A stretch of 64,000 nt of DNA, taken from assembly GCA_951406725.2 (NCBI GenBank), contig OX597825.1, positions 79,608,001 through 79,672,000 of the forward strand. The letters run 5' to 3'. The position numbers and the translations under genes were made by a program. Each line of letters begins with the position of its first letter. Within the stretch, counting starts at the first letter, position 1. This DNA is from Octopus vulgaris (Eukaryota). Below the pieces are notes generated by a model that ran no database searches, was not told the DNA's origin, and saw only the letters and a program-made list of their open reading frames with translations. Of this stretch, positions 55,831 to 64,000 are shown in pieces.

Positions 55831-56369
55831 ACCAGTTTATATTCTTTTATTCTTTTTTTCTTTTACTTGTTTCAGTCATTTTACTGCGACCATGCTGCAG
55901 CACTGCCTTTAGTCGAACTAGTACTTATCGGACTTTTGGAATGTTTTTTTGTAAGGGTTGCCTTTGTATATATACGATTTTGTTTCCTAAAAAGGCTTGG
56001 GGCCTCTATAGCATACGGGATTACAAAGACGGAAAGGGCCTAGAAATTCAAAAGATATCGATTGACATAAAGCATAAAGGGCTGAATATCAGAAACAAGA
56101 GGAAATCAAAGTGATGGAAACGATTTCGAAAGAGCAACAATTAGAGTAAAGAATCTATTAGAATAACAGGACAAATCATAAAATTTATATCAAAGGAAAA
56201 TTTCTCATCAGTTTTCTTGCTCTCCGCCTTTTTGTATGTTTACTTCGCTATTAAAAAACAAACAAAAAAAAACAAGGAGAATGCATATATATTGAAGAGT
56301 TCCAAATAAAGACGAAACATGTCTCCCTCATTAATTCGTGAAAATATAATACTAATTAGTAGCATTTAT

Positions 56370-57005
56370 TTATTTTTTGCCCATAGGGGGCTAAACATAG
56401 AGGGGACAAACAAGGACAGACAAAGGGATTAAGTCGATTACATCGACTCCAGTGTATAACTGGTACTTGCTTATTCGACCACGGAAGGATGAAAGGCAAA
56501 GTCGACTTCGGCGGAATTTGAACTCAGAACGTAGCGGCAGACTAAATACCGATTTCTTTACTACTCATAAGGGGCTACACATAGAGGGGACAAACAAGGA
56601 CAGACAAACGGATTAAGTCGATTATATCGACCCCAGTGCGTAACCCCGAAAGGATGAAAGGCAAAGTTGACCTCGGCGGAATTTGAACTCATAACGTAGC
56701 GGTAGACGAAATACCGCTAAGCATTTCGCCCGGCGTGCTAACGATTCTGCAAGTTCACCGCCTTACAATATTTATTTCTTTATTGCCCACAGAGGGCTAA
56801 ACATAGAGGGGACAAGCAAGGGGAGACAAAGGGATTAAGTCGATTACATCGACTCCAGTGTATAACTGGTACTTGTTTAATCGACCCCGGAAGGATGAAA
56901 GGGAAAGTCGACCTCGGCGGATTTTGAACTCAGAGCATAGATACAGACTAAATACCGCTAAGCATTTCACCCGGCGTGCTAACGTTTCTGCCAGCTCGCC
57001 ACCTT
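56370..57005 (-). mobile_element. Three head-to-tail family-A SINE units
   Basis: Units start near 56370, 56551 and 56772. Junction gactaaatacc|gatttcttt at ~56550. Confidence 0.88.
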
Positions 57006-57389
57006 CTAATTAGTAATATCGGTAGAAAATGACATAAGTAAGGAAACAATGTAATCGATGAAGTCGTTTACTCTATACTTTGGCCGATATTTCATTGACT
57101 CTGACAAAGTGCAAAACAAAGTTGACTTCGACACGAATTGAACTCTGAACGTACAGCGCCATAAATGAATACAGCATGGTATTTTGCCCCTAACGTTTCA
57201 GACAAAGCCTGGAAATACAACATTAGTCATCGGCTAATATTGTTTCTTTTTTTCCTAGTATTTATCTGATATCACTTGAGATTTTTAAAAGACAAATCAT
57301 TAAAAATATCTTCACCAAATTAAGCAAACTGATTATTATCTGGTAGATGGCGTCTCGGAACATTCTATATATGTATTTATGTATGCGTG

Positions 57390-57428
<39 letters not shown>

Positions 57429-57632
57429 ATGAATGTGTGTATGTTTGTATATATGTATATATGAGTGCATTTATGTATATATATATATATGTATGCATGT
57501 ATATAAATAAACACTCACACACAAACACACACACACACACACACACAAATATATATATATATATAATGTGATAAATAAAAATATATGCATACATACAAAC
57601 ATATATATATATATATATATGTGAAAAAACAA

Positions 57633-57692
<60 letters not shown>

Positions 57693-57696
57693 CATA

Positions 57697-58221
57697 CAGG
57701 GTTGTTCAAAAAAGTAAGAGCAAATTTTAAATATATTTTTAAAACAAATAGTAAGAGACACAAACACATTCTACATATTTCTTGATGGGGGAAGATACTC
57801 AACATGAGCACCATGTGTTGTTAGACAAACATCGAAGCATCGAAACGTTTTTCTGTGAAATTTTTATGCCATTTGTAAATTTGCTTGTGACGAGGTGGAT
57901 TTTTATTGAATTGGCGCCGAAATTCACGTTGTACTTGCACAATCGATTCGCATTTCTCAAACTGCAGTGCACAAAAAGTCTTCTCTTTTTGTGACGTCGC
58001 CATTTTCTAAGGGATTACGCAAAGGAAAATTATACAACTTTAAATGAAACATTAAAATAAAGTTAAAATTTTATTCTATTTAAGGCTTAATCAAGTTGAT
58101 CATGTTCAGCTATAAACTTTAAACCTCCCCCTATCAAGAAATATGTAGAATGTGTTTGTGTGTCTTAGAGCTTGTTTTAAAAACATATTTGAAATCTGCT
58201 CTTTCTTTTTGAATAACCGTG
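57697..58221 (-). mobile_element. Internally deleted Tc1/mariner element with ~100-bp TIRs and TA TSD
   Basis: ta-cagggttgttcaaaaaag...ctttttgaataaccgtg-ta. ORF MATSQKEKTFCALQFEKCESIVQVQREFRRQFNKNPP is a DUF4817-like transposase N-terminus. Confidence 0.88.
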
Positions 58222-58235
58222 TATATATATATATA

Positions 58236-58420
58236 GGGAGAGTTTACGAAAAAAACAAAAGACGAAGGCAGGTGATGTACAAAGCAAACAGATGCAATAG
58301 TATAACGCTCAGGAATAGAAAAAGTATTTTACGTTTCGAGCCTACGCTCTTCTACAGAAAGGGACACAGAAAAAACAAGGAGAGAAAAAATGTGTGTAGT
58401 GGCTAACGATCTATCACGGC
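58236..58420 (-). mobile_element. Probable Penelope-like pLTR repeat with hammerhead-variant motif (58326-58361)
   Basis: Minus strand cttt-CTGTAGA-agag-cgtagg-ctc-GAAAC-GTA-aaat, flanked by (TA)n. Confidence 0.6.
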
Positions 58421-58459
<39 letters not shown>

Positions 58460-59114
58460 ACAGGCTTCTTTTCGGTTTCCATTTACCAAATCTACTCACA
58501 AGGCCTTGGTCGGCCCGAAGCTATAGTAGAAGACATTTATCCAAAGCGCTACGCAGTGGGACTGAACCCTGGCATTATGTGGTTGGGAAGCAAGCTTCTT
58601 ACCACACAGTCACTCCTTCGCCGTATTTTCATGAATGGGTAAGACAAAAAAGGTACCAGAAAACCTAATTTCTTCTGCTGTATCATATCCCTGATCGTAT
58701 TAAGTAGCTTAACCGCAAATGTTCTGCTGTATCAAAGCACCTCACACTGGAACGTCAACGAAATCTGACATGTTTGCATACATATTCCGTAGACTTTATT
58801 GAATTGCCGAACTTAGAGTTAACGTTGGTATTAAATATCTTGGATAGGCGTGGTCAGTAGGGAACTGTCCATCGGGAGTAGGGAACATTTTGGCACAGCC
58901 GTTTTTCCCGTCCCCACACCCGGCGTCTATTTGGCATCACTAATTCAACACTGAACTTTGTTAGCAGACGTTTTGTTTAGGACTCTTTTGGCGTCATGGA
59001 AGTTTTGTTTTTATTCTCGTTGACAGCGAATTTGTTATCATAACTGCTAAATTAATCGACACCTAAACTTCATTTAGCGTTCTGCTTCACTTTACACACA
59101 CACGCACATGCACT

Positions 59115-59241
<127 letters not shown>

Positions 59242-59265
59242 ACACACACAATATTATATTATATA

Positions 59266-60035
59266 TTTGCTTCCTTGCTTGTGGCAGCCCATCAAAGGTG
59301 ATGCCAACGTCGATCCAAGACATTCATCCCCCTCTGCCTCCAGCCCATTGTTTCTCATGGGAGCGGATGTGACAAATAATTCGATTCGAGATAGGCAGAT
59401 CCTGTGACACTGAGAGCACTGACAGTAACCCCGAACAACAACTGCATGGGGTTGATGACGACGTCTCCTCCTTTCTTCGTTGCTGTCTCCTGCATGCCGT
59501 TTCAAAGCGCTCTGCTCCAGAATCACACACGGACCTCTATGCCTTTCGATTAACTGCCTGAGGCTCCAACTGTTTGGGAGGGACACAGAATAAAATGAGA
59601 AACCGCTTGAAATGATCATGAAGATTTGGACGTCGATGATGCCTGCTTCCTGTTTCGATCTCGCTGAAGAGGACCATCTTTGGGGGCCAGTTACCGGGCA
59701 TCCGAATCACATGGCCAACCCAGTGGAGAAGATGACGAAGGATGTAGATCCCAGTCATCAGGAGGATTTTGGTAAAAGGCAACCTGATCCTTCCATGTGA
59801 GACAGACGACACTTTGGAGCAATCTGATATAGAACACTTCCAGCTGTTTTACCTGGCGCCGATAAAAGGTCCAGCTCTTAGACCTGTACAGGTGCGTGGA
59901 TACACAGCCAAATCAACAAACGGAGATCGTTGTACTTGCTCTAGGTTCTTGTTCTGAAAGACTCATGCGCCGACTCTTCCAAAAGATGCAGAGGCTAAGT
60001 TGATCTGACGGAGGATCCTCGTCAAGGAGTCCAGT
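59266..60035 (-). pseudogene. RTE-clade LINE 3' remnant
   Basis: LASASFGR, LYRRQVKQLEVF, LHWVGHVIRMP..WPPKMVLFSE, C-terminal CSQCHRICLSRIEL zinc-finger-like motif, caag-type tail. Confidence 0.85.
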
Positions 60036-60085
60036 ATTAGAGATCGTGCTATTAGAGATTAGTTTCTATATGTGACTGTTTAATC

Positions 60086-60677
60086 ATGCTACATACAAAA
60101 GAAGCCTTAGAACTGCTCGAATTTCAAAGAGGCCGTATTGTCAGTCAGTCTGAAGGTGGAGTTCGCCAGCAGAAAATCGCAGAAAACTTTGGGATTCCGC
60201 TTTCTATAATTAATAGAATGGTTATGCAATTCACTAGGGAAGGGAAGGAGTCCATATCACCTCGCCCAGGTCGACCAGGAGCCTCTGACAAAGACCCTTC
60301 GCTTTGTTAAGAGAGGTGTGTAGGATAATTCTCGTTCATCCTTGTTGCAAGGCTTCTGACATAGCAGAACAAGTTGATATCAGTCCCAGAACAGCTGTCA
60401 GTTATCTCCACAAACTTGGTTACTATGGCAGAGCAGCAAGAAGGAAGCCACTTCTCTGACCAGCCAATATCAAGCGGAGAAAAGATTGGGCCAGTAAGAT
60501 GGTGGAGAGGCCACTAGCATTTTGGGACACTGCCATATTCTCTGATATGTCCAAATTTGCTGTATTTTTTGACAGTGGTCGAGTGTGGGTCTAAAGACTC
60601 TGCGGTCAAGAATTTGATGTGAAAAGATTGCAGCCATCAATGAAACACGGTGGCTGTTCTGTGATGGTCTGGAGAGC
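60086..60677 (+). pseudogene. Tc1-like transposase remnant (same family as 41227-41749)
   Basis: [11 protein letters not shown]...RPGRPG / LGYYGRAARRKPLL / FWDTAIFSDMSKF / KHGGCSVMVW, with stops and frameshifts. Confidence 0.9.
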
Positions 60678-61111
60678 ATGGGCGTGGTCCAATGACTGAA
60701 ACAGGTAAAGGACAAAAAGTTACAAGTAACAATTGGCAAGGAGGGAGGAACTTCTATGAGGTCCATCGTGCCAGCTAGAAATAGCAGACAAATCCCCGTA
60801 AAATCATAGCAACAAGAGAAACAACTGACGCGACATCTAGCGAGATAGAGAGGCTTTCTTTATAAAGCAACTGCATTGCGAATTATTTCAGTGTATGTGT
60901 TCTGAGCTGCGAAATGCGTTGCGGTGTTAACATGGACGGAAAAAAAACTCGTTACGTTTTGTGAACGGCAGCCATAGTTAATTGGTGCAAGCGTGACTGT
61001 GTGTTAAGAAGTTTGCCTACCCAACCACATGGTTCCGAGTTCAAGTCCACTGCGTGGCACTTGGTCAAGTGTGTTCTGCTTTAGCCTCGAACTGATCAAA
61101 GCCTTGATATA

Positions 61112-61184
<73 letters not shown>

Positions 61185-61188
<4 letters not shown>

Positions 61189-61287
61189 TTTGGAAGAGTC
61201 AGCGCATGAGTCTTTTAGAACAAGAACCTAGAGCAAGCACAACGATCTCCGTTTGTTGAGTTGGCTGTGTACCCACCCACCTGTACA
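61185..61287 (+). repeat. Inverted copy of 59885-59987 embedded in (TA)n
   Basis: 103 bp, about 6 mismatches to the reverse complement of the RTE remnant. Confidence 0.9.
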
Positions 61288-61299
61288 TATATATATAAG

Positions 61300-62039
61300 C
61301 GAGTAGCACTTAGCAAGATGCTGCACATTTCCAACAAAGATTGTTTGGAATTAAGGGGCTACATTTCAATTAAATGGCCTAATTAACAACCATAATTGCT
61401 CCCACTGGGGACTTGAAATCTCACATATATTATAGAAAAATATCATCTTAACTTACTTGAAAGTGAAGTATGGTGCAGTTTATCATGAAAAGGGTTAATT
61501 GGACCATTCTTTTTGATCATACTGTGACTCATCCCATTTACTTGAACTTGGTGTGGCAATATATCATGCTAAGCACTCAAGTGGACTTTGAAGACATGGA
61601 GTTTTGTTTCCTTTAAGGTGGAAAACCCCCATACTACCATAAGGCCTACCAAAATGAGATTTTGCCAGACAGGTGGATTGGACGAAAAGGTTTAGTACAT
61701 TACCTTCCGCGTTCACCGAACATCAGAACACTACACTTTATTTATTGGCGTACATAAAAGATAAAATGTACGGTACGAAACCAACAGCAATCGGCAAACT
61801 GAAGACAACCGTTGAACGAGAATGCGACCAAATACCGAACAAGATCCTTCTTGGTGATTGCAATTCCATTCCTTAGCGTTATCAACAATGTGTTGAGCAG
61901 AACGGTCATCAGTTTGAAAGCAGGCGTTCATAAAAAAGAAATAAAGTTTTATCTGTTGATCTCAAATAAATTTCTAAAATGAAATCTATTTTAATAATCA
62001 CTCATTTGACGCATGTATATATTTTTCATGAATACCCCG
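61300..62039 (+). mobile_element. Degenerate Tc1/mariner 3' half (same family as 32578-33480)
   Basis: ATFQLNG, GPFF, RWIGRKG..PRSP, YLLAYIKDKMYGTKP, QQCVEQNGHQFE, terminal TIR-like tatatatttttcatgaatacccc. Confidence 0.85.
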
Positions 62040-62059
62040 AGTTCATTATATATACATAC

Positions 62060-62136
<77 letters not shown>

Positions 62137-62684
62137 CATATACATATACATACATATATATATTTATATATATATATGTATGTATGTATCTATGTATGTA
62201 TGTATGTATGTATGTATGCATGTATGTATGCATGTATGTATGTATGTATATCGATAGATAGATAGATATTTACAAGATATTGTTGCTAACAGAACCACAA
62301 CAAAAATTTCATAACATAGGAAGTAAATGCCGAAAAGCTTACAAGCTGTTTCCGAATGACTCTTTCGGGCGTGGTGCTCTCAGGTTTTGCCATATGATTC
62401 CTCCATTCAATGCTAACCCACATGCTCGAAATCAAAAGGCCATGTGATGAATGCGACTTTCATGACAAGTTCCGAATATCGAACAAGTTATTTTTCTATG
62501 TGTATCGTCGAGCTTACACCCGTCTCGAATTGCCTTTCCGAAATTCCCACACATTATTCGTGTTTAGAGAGAAAAACAGATGGAAAAAGGAGTAGGTTAT
62601 AAACAAGATATAAAGATCCTAGACGAGTGAAATCATACGTAAGCGGCGCCCACATTGACTTAACGAATTTGTATGGACGAACGT

Positions 62685-63549
62685 GCGTATGTATGTATGT
62701 ATGTATGTATGTATGTATGTATGTATGTATGTATGTATGTATGTATGTATGTATGCATGCATGCATGTATGTATGTGTGTATGTATGTATGTATATGTAT
62801 ATGTATGTATGTATATATGTATGTGTGTATGTATGTATGTATGTATGTATGTATGTATGTATGTATGCATGCATGCATGTATGTATGTGTATGTATGTAT
62901 GTATATGTATATGTATGTATGTATATATGTATGTGTGTATGTATGTATGTATGTATGTATGCATGCATGCATGTATGTATGTGTGTATGTATGTATGTGT
63001 GTATGTATGTATGTATGTATGTATGTATGTATGTATGTATAAGGGTATGTATGTATGTATGTATAAGGGTATGTATGTATGTATGTATAAGGGTATGTAT
63101 GTATGTATGTATGTATAAGGGTATGTATGTATGTATGTATGTATGTATAAGGGTATGTATGTATGTATGTATGTATGTATGTATGTATGTATGTATGTAT
63201 GTATGTATGTATGTATGTATAAGGGTATGTATGTATGTATGTATAAGGGTATGTATGTATGTATGTATGTATGTATAAGGGTATGTATGTATGTATGTAT
63301 AAGGGTATGTATGTATGTATGTATGTATGTATGTATGTATGTATGTATGTATGTATGTATGTATGTATGTATGTATGTATGTATGTATGTATGTATGTAT
63401 GTATGTATGTATGTATGTATGTATGTATGTGTGTATGTATGTACGTACGTATGTAGGTATGTACGTATGTATATGTATGCATGTTTATGCATGTATTATG
63501 TGCGTATGCATGTATGCATGTATTTAACTATGCATACATTTATATAGGC

Positions 63550-63593
<44 letters not shown>

Positions 63594-63595
63594 GC
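62685..63595. repeat. (TATG)n field with higher-order units and 9 AAGG-interrupted variants
   Basis: AAGGGT at 63041, 63065, 63089, 63117, 63149, 63221, 63245, 63277 and 63301. Confidence 0.95.
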
Positions 63596-63734
63596 TTATG
63601 TCTAATATATATGTAACACACACACATATATATACACATAGACACGCACACATATCCATGCATGCATGCATATGTACATACACACACAGACTTATGTATG
63701 TGTGTACACACACACACACACAACACACACACAT

Positions 63735-64000
63735 ACACAGTGTTCGGGTTAAGCTTGACTGTTTGCTTAAAAGAAAAAGAAAGCGCAAAATCTCATTCAA
63801 AAATAAAAACGTATTTTTAAAAAAGATATTTTATATATCATCCAGATTATGGCTGGGAAATAACAGTTTATTCAAAGTAAACCATTCTCGGTTTCTACCT
63901 AAGTCTCAAGTCGGTTCCGGAATATGGCGCGTGCGTTCCTCATTGCGTTCCAGGGAATGTCTTCGAACACCTCCCTTGATATTGGCCTGAAGGCCTTCAG
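63735..64000 (-). mobile_element. Tc1/mariner transposase C-terminal remnant and probable TIR (continues beyond window)
   Basis: LQANIK/EVFEDIPWNAMRNARAIFRNRLET*VETENG resembles a mariner-like C-terminus. Confidence 0.6.

Noticed and set aside
63041-63310. Telomeric repeat or repeat-spacer array (TAAGGG)
   Set aside because: Isolated TAAGGG variants inside (TATG)n, not tandem TTAGGG, and the spacers are not unique
62554-63547. Long ORFs of YIHT/MYVC repeats (also at 15.9-17.1, 27.8-29.5 and 39.8-40.7 kb, and poly-L/V/S/R ORFs)
   Set aside because: Stop-free frames of simple repeats with no coding complexity

Overview
Gene-poor, repeat-saturated animal genomic DNA, most likely from an octopus (inferred from the tRNA-derived SINE families and the extreme microsatellite density). 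No host protein-coding gene can be supported. Nearly all long ORFs in the track are microsatellite translations. Real coding signal comes from transposons: one young 5'-truncated CR1-like LINE with an uninterrupted RT ORF (37501-38835), plus remnants of CR1-like, RTE, L1/Tx1, R4/Dong and Penelope elements and several Tc1/mariner elements. At least four SINE families and several MITE-like elements are also present. The most notable unexplained structure is a set of about 10 hammerhead-ribozyme-like motifs in probable Penelope-derived repeats. One of these is a 132-bp near-perfect palindrome (42588-42719) encoding a complete hammerhead fold on each strand. Other points of interest are a Y-shaped fold-back element, repeated SINE-into-SINE insertion at one site, a shared LINE/SINE 3' hairpin, and several fold-back or inverted templated junctions. 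Family names come from motif recognition by eye and were not checked against a database.
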